Positions 53,436 through 64,000 of a DNA stretch of 64,000 nucleotides are shown here, piece after piece. A program made the position numbers and the translations under genes. The notes under the pieces were generated by a model. The model was not told the origin of the DNA. It saw nothing but the letters and a program-made list of their open reading frames with translations, and did no database searches. The stretch's first letter is position 1. Each line of letters begins with the position of its first letter. This stretch comes from Eledone cirrhosa (Eukaryota): the NCBI GenBank assembly GCA_964016885.1, contig OZ024748.1, positions 25,482,001 through 25,546,000 on the forward strand, written 5' to 3'.

Positions 53436-56128
53436 TCATCATCATCATCATCATTTTACGTCCGCTTTTCCCTGCTTGCAGGAGTGGGACGGGTCTTATT
53501 CAGCACAGCATCTCTCCACTCGTCACGGTCCTTCGTCGTATCCACCGTGAGCTTCAATGATCTGAGGTCTGTTCTCACCACCTCTGTCCATGTTTTTCCT
53601 GGTCTACCTCTACCACATCTTCCTTCAACTGGCATTTCCTGGCACTTCTTCACCCATCGTTCATCCCCCATGCGCATCACATGTCCATACCACCTCAGTC
53701 TCCTCTCCCGTACACTACATTCTATCCCTCTCAGACACAGTTTCTCTCTCAACACATTTATGCTGGGTCGTTCACGCACATTTACACTGCATATCCAATG
53801 GAGCATGCTTGCTTCATTTCTCTCCAGCCGTCGCATATCCTCTGCAGTTGCTGCCCATGTCTCACTACCATGCAGCATCGCGCTCCTCACACAGGCATCA
53901 TACAACCGGCCTTTCGTGCGCAAGGAGAAACCCTTCTTCGTCAACAGAGGAAGTGGCTCCCTAAACTTCTTCCAACCCGTCCTTATTCTAGATACTATGG
54001 CCTCGGAACACCCTCCTCCCATGCTAATCTGATCTCCTAGGTAGTGGAAGCTATCCACCACTTCTATAGCGCCCTCCTGCATTTGAAAAATGTATCTATC
54101 AATGCGACTTCTACTGTCTAATTTCCCTGTACATCCACTGCATACATATTTCTCCCTACCTGTTAGTTTGCCTGCTATCCCGCTAGATCTCTTGTGTACC
54201 CAGGATCTGCATTGTGTGCATTTTATAGAATTTATGCCAGTTCCTTTTCTGCATATCGAACATGGCCATTTCCCTGACGGAAACAGGGTTTTGTCCTCTT
54301 TTCTACTCGTCAACACTTTTGTCTTAGCTAGGTTCACTCTCAGTCCTCTTGCTTCCAACTGCTGTTTCCATAGCCAGAATTTATTCTCTAGCTCCTCTAC
54401 TGATTCTGCTATAAGAACCAGATCGTCAGCATAGAGAAGTTCCCATGGACAGCCAGTCTTAAACTCCTCTGTTATGGCTTGGAGGACTATAATGAACAAG
54501 AGCGGGCTGAGGACCGAACCCTGATGTACTCCTACTTGTATCTGGAATTCCTCACTAAACTCCATTTCTACCCTGACTTTAGTGAGAGTACCTCTGTACA
54601 AAGTTTACACTGTCCTCACAAGCCATTCCTCAACACCTAGCTTCCTTAGGGACCACCAGATGACAGATCGGGGTACCCTATCAAAGGCCTTCTCTAGGTC
54701 AACAAAGGCTAAGTATAGTGGCTTATTTTTCTCTAAGAACCTCTCTTGCAATTGTCTCATCAAGAAGAGGGCATCTTTTGTACTTTTCCCAGGCACAAAA
54801 CCAAACTGCATCTCATCTAATTTGACCCTTTCTCTAATTAGTTGTGCTAATATCCTTTCTGCCACTTTCATAACCTGATCTATCAGTTTTATACCCCTAT
54901 AATTGCTCCTCTCCAGAGCATCCCCTTTACCTTTGTAGCAATTTATGAGAATACTGCTGCACCAGTCTTTGGGTATGACACCACCATATATAGCCTGATT
55001 GATGATGCGTGCAACCAGTTTAGTGCTTACGTCCCCTGATGCCTTCAGCATCTCAGCAACTATTCCCGATGGTCCTTACCATTTTTCATTTCCCTAATCG
55101 CCTCTTGGACCCTATATTCGTCAATCTCAATAGCTGGTCCCTCTGTCGGATCTACTAAGGGTAATTTCTCTCTCTCCCATTCGTTCTCCACATTCATCAG
55201 TCTCTCATAATGACATTTCCAGGCCTCCTTCTTCTGATCATTCGTGACACTAAGTACACCGGCATCATCCCTGACACATTTATCTCCAACAACATCCTGA
55301 TTTGCATTGACACACTGCCTTGCAATGTGGAACACCGCACGCCTCTGATCTTCCCGTCGCAGAACATTGGCAAACCTCCTACTCTCCGCCTCCCTGCGTG
55401 CTAAGTACACCTGACGTCTAGCTTCTCTCTTAGTGGCTGTATATTCTTCCCTACTCCCACCCTTTTTCCAAGCCTTCCATGCTAGTCTTTTGTCTCTAAT
55501 GGCCTTATCTACTGTGCTGTTCCACCACCAGGTCACTCTCTGTCTGGTTGGAGCTCTGCTCCAGCCACAAGTTTCATCAGTAGCCTGCAGCAAGTTGTCA
55601 CGTAAGAAATTCCAGTTATTATCTATGTCATACATCTCTAAATCGTCTTCTTTTTCGTCATATCATCTTGAAGGGCTTTCCTAAATTTGTATTTTAGTGA
55701 AAGGTCTTTTAGCTTCCAGACCTTTCTTCTCCACACCTTCCTATATGTCTCATTCCATCTCTTGCTTACTGAGATATCACTAACAACAAACCTATGCTGT
55801 GGGGTACATTCTTCCCCTGGGTATGCCTTGGTATTAGACTTCTATCTGCCTGTCCCGCTGCCTAACTAGTAAGAAGTCAATCTGGCTTATGTGCTCACCA
55901 GATTTGTAGGTTATTAGGTGATTGGCAGGTTTCTGGAAGTTTGTGTTGCAAATAGTCAATGTACCTGCATCACAAAATTCAAGAAGTCTCACTCCTTCTT
56001 CATTTCTTGAGCCGTAACCGTGCCCACCATGTACCCCAGTGTAACCATCCTGGAGCTGTCCAACATGACCATTGAAGTCTCCTGCTAGCATAACGATGTC
56101 TCCGTCCTCTGTCATTGTGGTTGTTTGT
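53436..56128 (-). mobile_element. 5'-truncated, frameshifted RTE LINE (second subfamily)
   Basis: ORF pieces 55834-56229 (APE: GDFNGHVG), 55060-55635, 54605-55051, 53456-54601 (QGSVLSP, LLYADD); (GAT)n tail joined to (TA)n. Confidence 0.95.
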
Positions 56129-56154
56129 AAAATATACATATATATGTATATACA

Positions 56155-56831
56155 TAAATACGGTGTTTTTGTCGTATTGAACAGAACAAATCTTGCAGTT
56201 TTGCTTTTTGTTAATCGCTTGTTAAACATTCATAACCTTCCAGCTCCTCAATTCCTTAATTCTATCGTACTCTCCAATTCCTTAAATTCCTTAATTCCAT
56301 CGTATTCCCAAACAAAAAACAAAATCCTTCCCATTCTTAATTCTATCGTATCGTCCAATTCCTTAATTCTATCGTATTCTATCTTACTTCTATCGTATCG
56401 TCCAATTCCTTAATTCTATCGTATTCTATCTTACTTCTATCGTATCCTCCAATTCCTTAATTCTATCGTATTCTATCTTACTTCTATCGTATCGTCCAAT
56501 TCCTTAATTCTATCGTATTCTATCTTACTTCTATCGTATCGTCCAATTCCTTAATTCTATCGTATTCTATCTTACTTCTATCGTATCCTCCAATTCCTTA
56601 ATTCTATCGTATTCTCAAACAAAAAAAAAAAAAAAAAATCCTTCCCATTCTACTTCTTATAAATTACTTTAAATATATATATCATGCTACCTCGAAAGTC
56701 AAAAATCCCGCTCATACACCCTTCACCCACCATCTTCTTCACGAGGGGTTGCGGTCAGCCACTCTCTCTCTCTCTCTCCCCCTTCCCACTCTCTCTCTCT
56801 CTTCCCCTTCCCCTTCCTCTCTCTCTTAGCT

Positions 56832-56866
<35 letters not shown>

Positions 56867-57148
56867 AGATAAATTCCCGTTCATGTTTATTCACTTTCGC
56901 CAATCCATCGCTGCTTCAACTATTCCTACTACGGTGTACCCATGTAATCGTAACGTTCACGTTTTTCCTATCTACTCCACGCCACAATTTCCTACATAGT
57001 CCAAACATCCAATCTCGCAAAATCCGAAATCTGTATTTTTTGTTATTTATTAAGGTTTAAATACGGTGTTTTTGTCGTATTGAACAGAACAAATCTTGCA
57101 GTTTTGCTTTTTGTTAATCGCTTGTTAAACATTCATAACCTTCCAGCT
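56155..57148 (+). repeat. Perfect 91-bp direct repeats (56155-56245, 57058-57148) enclosing a 47-bp minisatellite (~56330-56615)
   Basis: taaatacggtgtttttgtcg...aaccttccagct occurs twice; inner unit tccaattccttaattctatcgtattctatcttacttctatcgtatcg. Confidence 0.9.
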
Positions 57149-60100
57149 AGCTACCCCACACCCCTGCCACCCACCCCCACACACCACCATTCTTAATACG
57201 TGGACCAATCATAAGCCAGAGACCCCCCCCCACACGCATCACCATTATTATTATTATAAGCCAGAGACCCCCCCCACACACGCATCACCATTATTATTAT
57301 TACGCGGACCAATCATAAGCCAGAGGCCTATACTATCGCTTGCACGGTTGCCTTCGATATATGATGGATGGATGGACGGACTGCGGAATCCTGGAGAGTG
57401 GAAGGGAGAGAAAAATCTGGACGCTCAGAGCGAAAATGCCAAAGTTAAAGTCAAATTCACCTCGTGGACGAGAATGCGAGCACTCCTCTTTGTATCGCCC
57501 GCGGATGGCTAACATAACCCCATCTCCCCCCGCCCCCCACCACCCCCACCCTCCAAACGCAATCCAAAACTTCAGAGTTGGTACCATAAATGTAGGCACC
57601 CTAAAGGGTCGCGCTAACGAGGTTGTAGAAATGCTTGAACGTAAGGAGGTCGATGTTTGTTGTATTCAAGAGACCAGGTGGAGGGGTGGGTCTACTAGAT
57701 TCATTGAGGGTAAAAAACGATGTTATAAGCTTTTCTGGGTGGGAAACGACGATGGGCTGGGTGGAGTAGGAATCATGGTAGCAGAAAAGTGGGCAGATAA
57801 GATAATAGAGTGAACGACAGAATAATTAAAATAAGACTTGTCCTCAATAGAACTACGGTGACAGTAATATCTGCGTACGCACCCCAATCCGGACTGCCCG
57901 GCACTATAAAAGACAGATTCTATGAGACACTGATGCTCACTACCTCCCAAATATCTGACAGTGACTATATAATTATTGCAGGCGACCTAAATGGTCACGT
58001 TGGACAACATTGTGACGGCTACGACGAAATCCATGGAGGCTATGGGCTTGGTACTAGAAATGAGGAAGGCTCCAGAATCCTGGAATTCTGTGATGCAAAT
58101 AACCTAACTATCTGTAACACTAACTTCAAAAAACGTGACAATCACCTGATCACCTATAGATCCGGGGAACACACAAGCCAGGTAGATTATATCCTTACCA
58201 GAAGACGTGACAGAGTGTCTGTTGTAAACACTAAATCCCTCCCCCATGAAGAATGCACCTCCCAACATAGACTGATAATTAGCGACCTCATAGTCAGGAC
58301 GAGACGTACTCGACAGCAGAAGAGGACTATCCTCAGGAGAAAAATATGGAAGCTAAAGGACCCCACAGCCAAAAATAAATTTCAAAACATATTACTTGAT
58401 GCTTTCGACAGTAAGGAAGAACATTTAGAGTCGGACAATATAGAGGGACAGTGGGAATTTCTGAAAGCAAACCTGCTGTTGGCGACAGACGAAGTCTGTG
58501 GCTGGAGCAGGCCTGTAGGCAGGAGGAGAGTAACATGGTGGTGGAACAGTAAGGTGGAGGGGTCAATTAAGGCCAAAAAGCAGGCTTGGAAAGTATGGCG
58601 GGATGGGGGAAGTAGAGTAGACTATCAAGTGGCCAGGAGGGAAGCTAGGAGAGAAGTGTACTTAGCAAGAAGGGAAGCTGAGGAAAGAAAGTTCAAGCAT
58701 GTTCTACAACGCGATGACCAAAAACGTGAGGTGTTCAGGATTGCTAGGCAATGCGTCAAGGAAAACCGTGATATTGTCGGGGAGAAGTGTGTACTTAACG
58801 ATGATGGCATACTTGCCATCACCGACACTGATAAGAAGGTAGCTTGGAAGTGTCACTATGAGCTACTAAATGAGGAGAATAAATGGGAGAAAGACAGTCT
58901 CCCCCATATCGACCCAATAGAGGGACCAGCAGTGTTAGTCGAGGGGAGTATAATAAGTAAGACAATCAAGGATATGAAGACGGGTAAGGCGGCTGGGCCT
59001 TCGGAAATAGTTGCTGAGATGCTGAAGGCATCTGGCACGGTGGGACACACCATGGTCACTCGCATAGTTAACCATGTCATACAGAATGGGGTTGTTCCGA
59101 AGGACTGGCATAGCAGCATCATCGTTAACTGTTATAAGGGTAAAGGAGACGCCCTGGATAGGAGTAACTATAGAGGCATTAAATTAATCGACCAGGTCAT
59201 GAAGGTCACGGAAAAAGTAATAGCGCAACTAATCAGAGAGAGAATTGACCTAGATGATATTCAGTTCGGGTTTGTGTCAGGCAAAAGTACCACAGACGCT
59301 CTATTCATAGTACGACAACTACAGGAGAAGTTCCTAGCTAAAGGTAAACCCCTCTACTTAGCTTTTGTCGACTTGGAGAAAGCCTTCGACAGAGTCCCCC
59401 GCTCCATTATCTGGTGGGCTCTTAGAAAACTAGGCGTTGACGAATGGCTTGTGAGGGCTATACAAGCCATGTATAAAGAAACAGTCAGCAAGGTTAGAAT
59501 TAACAACGAATATAGTGAAGAGTTTAGCGTAAAAGTTGGCGTCCATCAGGGCTCTGTTCTCAGCCCCCTACTATTTATTATTACCCTTCAGGCTATAACA
59601 GAGGAGTTCAAGACAGGCTGCCCATGGGAACTCCTATACGCAGACGACCTGACACTCATAGCGGAATCAATGGCCGAGCTATGGAAGAAATTCCAAACAT
59701 GGAAGCACGGCCTAGAGTCAAAAGGACTTAAAATTAACCTGGCTAAGACCAAAGTTCTAGTTTGTAGGAAAGAAAACAAGGCGGCGGTCCCTTCTGGGAA
59801 ATGGTCGTGCTCGGTGTGTAGGAAAGGCGTAGGTAGAAACTCCATTTTATGTCCTAAATGCAAAGTATGGGTGCATAAAAGATGTAGTGGGATCACAGGT
59901 AAGCTAACTAAGAACATAGATTTTACATGTGGCCGGTGTTCTGGTGCAATAAGTAGCAGCAAGTGCCCACAAAATACTAGCTCTTTCAATTGCGCAGAGG
60001 GTTCTATAGAAATAGTGGACAGCTTCCGTTACCTGGGCGATAAAATCAGCAGTGGGGGAGGGTGCTCTGAAAGTACTGTAGCTAGAGTCAGAACTGGTTG

Positions 60101-60947
60101 GAAAAAGTTCAGAGAGCTTATACCACTATTAGCTGCTAAAGGGTTCTCCCTAAAAATGAAAGGCAGGTTGTACGATGCCTGCATACGAACAGCAATGTTG
60201 CATGGCAGTGAGACCTGGGCATTGTGTGCAGAGGATATACGCAGACTAGAGAGGAACGAAGCTTGCATGCTCCGCTGGATGTGTAACAGTAATATACGTG
60301 AACGGCAAAGCATAAACGAACTAAGGAAAAAATTAGAGATAAGAGGGATCAGATGTTGTTTACTCGAGAGAAGGCTACGTTGGTATGGACACGTGATGCG
60401 CATGAAAGTCGATAGCTGTATAACAAAGTGCAGGGCAATAAAGATAGACGGTAGCCACGGAATAGGCAGACCTAGAAAAACCTGGGACGAGCTGATAAAC
60501 TCCGACCTCACACACTTACACCTCTCCAAGACAATGTCACTGGACCGAGACCTTTGGCGGTACTCAGTAACAGAGAAGACCCGCCTTGCCAGTAGGCATC
60601 TCTAACAAAATACACCCCGTCCCGCCACCACCCCCACCCCGTTCTATGTAAAGTTATGTTGGTGCCGCGCCATCCAGGCCGAAACAAATGAGATCGTGTA
60701 GGTGTCACGACAAAAAAACACACAGTCCACGCTGTAATGTGGCCGTGTAGGTAACACGGTAAAAACCTCCCAGACCCACACTGTAAATGTGGTTGGTGTT
60801 AGGAAGGGCATCCAACTGTAGAAAACCTGCCAGACAGTCCTATGCGAGCAAGACAATCACTCTTGCCTCAAGTGGGACTACCCCCGTCCAAACCCATGCA
60901 AGCGTGGAACACGGACGTTAAACGTTGATGATGATGATGATGATGAT
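57058..60947 (+). mobile_element. Near full-length RTE LINE (APE-RT), one frameshift near 57810, (GAT)n tail
   Basis: 57340-57813 APE N-terminus (GTINVGTL..CIQETRW); 57810-60605 continues APE (GDLNGH, VDYIL), RT (QGSVLSP, YADD) and C-terminus (LRWYGHV, GRPRKTW). 5' limit uncertain. Confidence 0.96.
57436..60605 (+). pseudogene. RTE endonuclease/reverse transcriptase ORF, disrupted by one frameshift
   Basis: Two overlapping ORFs (157 aa and 931 aa) in different frames; start codon position assumed. Confidence 0.85.
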
Positions 60948-60949
60948 AT

Positions 60950-63179
60950 ATGAGGAGAATAAATGGGAGAAAGACAGTCTCCCCCACATCGACCCAATAG
61001 AGGGACCAGCAGTGTTAGTCCAGGGTAGTACAATAAGCAAGGCAATCAAAGATATGAAGACGGGTAAGGCGGCTGGGCCTTCGGAAATAGTTGCTGAGAT
61101 GCTGAAGGCATCTGGTTCGGTGGGACACACCATGGTCACCCGGATAGTTAACCAAGTCGTACAGAATGGGGTTGTTCCGAAGGACTGGCGTAGCAGCATC
61201 ATCATTAACTGCTATAAGGGAAAAGGAGATACCCTAGATAGGAGTAACTATAGAGGCATTAAATTAATCGACCAGGTCATGAAGGTCACAGAAAAAGTAA
61301 TAGCGCAACTAATCAGAGAGAGAATTGATCTAGATGAAATGCAGTTCGGGTTTGTGTCAGGCAAAAGTACCACAGACGCTCTTTTCATTGTACGACAACT
61401 ACAGGAGAAGTACCTAGCTAAAAGTAAACCCCTATACTTAGCTTTTGTCGACTTGGAGAAAGCCTTCGACAGAGTCCCCCGTTCCATTATCTGGTGGTCT
61501 CTTAGAAAACTAGGTGTTGACGAATGGCTTGTGAGAGCTATACAAGCCATGTATAAAGAAACAGTCAGTAAGGTTAGAATTAACAACGAATATAGTGAAG
61601 AGTTTAGCGTAAAAGTTGGTGTCCATCAGGGCTCTGTTCTTAGCCCCCTACTATTTATTATTACCCTTCAGGCTATAACAGAGGAGTTCAAGACAGGCTG
61701 CCCATGGGAACTCCTATACGCAGATGATCTAACGCTCATAGCTGAATCAATGACGGAACTAGAGAAGAAATTCCAAACATGGAAGCACGGCCTAGAATCA
61801 AAAGGCCTTAAAATTAACCTGGCTAAGACTAAAGTTCTAGTTTGTAGGAAAGAAAATAGGGCGGCGGTCCCTTCCGGGAAATGGCCATGCTCAGTGTGTA
61901 GGAAAGGCGTAGATAGAAACTCCATTTTATGTCCCCAATGCAAAGTATGGGTGCATAAAAGATGTAGTGGGATCACAGGAAAGCTAACTAAGAACATAGA
62001 TTTTACATGTGGCCGTGCTCTGGTGCAATAAGTAGCAGCAAGTGCCCACTAAATACTAGCTCTTTCAATTGCGCAGAGGGTTCTATAGAAATAGTGGACA
62101 GCTTCCGTTACCTGGGTGACAAAATCAGCAGTGGGGGAGGGTGCTCTGAAAGTACAGTAGCTAAAGTCAGAACTGGATGGAAAAAGTTCAGAGAGCTTAT
62201 ACCACTATTAGCCGCTAGAGGGTTCTCCCTAAAAATGAAAGGCAGGTTATACGATGCCTGCATACGAACAGCAATGCTGCATGGCAGTGAGACCTGGGCA
62301 TTGTGTGCAGAGGATATACGCAGACTAGAGAGGAACGAAGCTTGCATGCTCCGCTGGATGTGCAATAGTAATATACGTGAACGGCTAAGCATAAACGAAC
62401 TAAGGAAAAAATTAGAAATAAGAGGGATCAGATGTTGTTTACTCGAGAGAAGGCTACGTTGGTACGGTCACGTGATGCGCATGAAAGACGACAGCTGTAT
62501 AACAAAGTGCAGGGCAATAAAGATAGACGGTAGCCACGGAGTAGGCAGACCCAGAAAAACCTGGGACGACATGATAAATTCCGACCTCACACGCTTACAC
62601 CTCTCCAAGACAATGTCACTGGACCGAGACCTTTGGCGGTACTCAGTAATAGAGAAGACCCGCATTACCTAAATACAAAGTAAAAACCTACTACAGTCAG
62701 TAGGCATCTCTATCAAAACACACCTCCGTCCCACCACCTCCACCCCATCCACACCGCCCCTTTCAATGTAAAGTTATGTTGGTCCCACAACATCCAGGCC
62801 GAAACAAATGAGATCGTGTAGGTGTCACGACAAAAAAACACACAGTCCACGCTGTAAATGTGGCCGTGTAGGCAACACGGTAAAAACCTCCCAGCCCCAC
62901 ACTGTAAATGTGGTTGGTGTTAGGAAGGGCATCCAGCTGTAGAAAACCCGCCAGACAGTCCACGCTGTAATGTGGCCGTGTAGGCAACACGGTAAAAACC
63001 TCCCAGCCCCACACTGTAAATGTGGTTGGTGTTAGGAAGGGCATCCAACTGTAGAAAACCCGCCAGACAGTCCTATGCGAGCAAGACAACCACTCTTGCC
63101 TCAAGTGGGAAAACCCCCGTCCAAACCCATGCAAGCGTGGAACACGGACGCTAAACCTGATGATGATGATGATGATGAT
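60950..63179 (+). mobile_element. 5'-truncated RTE copy directly behind the tail of the preceding copy
   Basis: ORFs 60925-62031 and 62007-62672 (1-bp deletion near 62016); 113-bp duplication in the 3' UTR; (GAT)n tail. Confidence 0.95.
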
Positions 63180-63197
63180 ATACATATATATATATAC

Positions 63198-63230
<33 letters not shown>

Positions 63231-63558
63231 GATACATATATATATACATACATATATATATATATATACATATATATACATATACATACATACATATATA
63301 TACATATATATACATACATATACATACATACATATATATACGTACATATACATACATACATATATATACATACATATACATACATACATACATATATATA
63401 CACATATACATACATATATATATATATATGTATGTATATGTATATGCCAGAATCAGTTCCCGTCCCACCCTTGCAAGCAGGGAAAAGCGGACGTAAAATG
63501 ATGATGATGATGATGATGATATATACATATACATACATATATATATACATACATATAT

Positions 63559-63597
<39 letters not shown>

Positions 63598-63650
63598 CAT
63601 ACATATATATACATATATATATACATACATATATATATACATATATATTT
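63180..63650. repeat. (TA/TACA)n microsatellite containing a ~75-bp RTE-type 3' terminus (63447-63520)
   Basis: gcaagcagggaaaagcggacgtaaaa(tga)n matches the end of the element at 53436. Confidence 0.85.
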
Positions 63651-63774
63651 GCGGACAAAAAGCGCAGCTCCCTAATTCATAGTCTACAAATGGCTGCGAT
63701 AGCTGGCACCTTCAAAATTTGCAAAACATTCTTGCGATTCAAGGGATGACAATTTCTTTTCTTTTACAACCTTG

Positions 63775-63940
63775 AGAGAGAGACTGAGCATAAGAGGAAT
63801 CAAATGATGTGTGCAGGAGAGGAAGTTGTGTTGGTATGTACATGTGATGCGTATGAAGGATGACAGCTGCATAAAAAGGTGCAGAGCACTAGAAGTTGAT
63901 GGAAGCCGTGAAGTGGGGAGACCCAAGAAGACCTGGGATG
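63775..63940 (+). mobile_element. Old RTE C-terminal remnant
   Basis: Similar to the LRWYGHVMRM..GRPKKTW coding region. Confidence 0.7.
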
Positions 63941-64000
63941 TGTAAACAATGTTGAACAATATATATATAAATGTTAACAACATTGTAATGTTGGACAAAA

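Noticed and set aside
62763-63749. YIYI/MYVC-rich ORFs
   Set aside because: Microsatellite artefacts.

Overview
Eukaryotic, AT-rich genomic DNA. The repeat content (tRNA-derived SINEs, RTE LINEs with (GAT)n tails) suggests an octopod cephalopod; this is inference. The window holds the 3' part of a cytoplasmic methionyl-tRNA synthetase gene (MARS1) on the minus strand. I traced 13 coding exons by hand (52285 down to the TGA at 236). All have GT-AG boundaries and consistent phases, and they cover the Zn knuckles, KFSKS, the anticodon-binding domain and a C-terminal WHEP domain; the upstream exons lie beyond the window. The introns are inflated by a 26-kb 46-bp satellite, an 8-kb 21-bp satellite, RTE, Tx1, R4-like and Penelope-like retroelements, SINEs and TTAA MITEs. 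Main observations: (1) the 46-bp satellite is about 568 tandem copies of one MARS exon's own splice acceptor and exon start, each leading to an in-frame stop; (2) a Penelope/retrozyme-like repeat carries three type-I hammerhead ribozyme motifs and a 340-bp palindrome in an intron; (3) the RTE LINEs carry a PHD-type C4HC3 finger inside the RT region.
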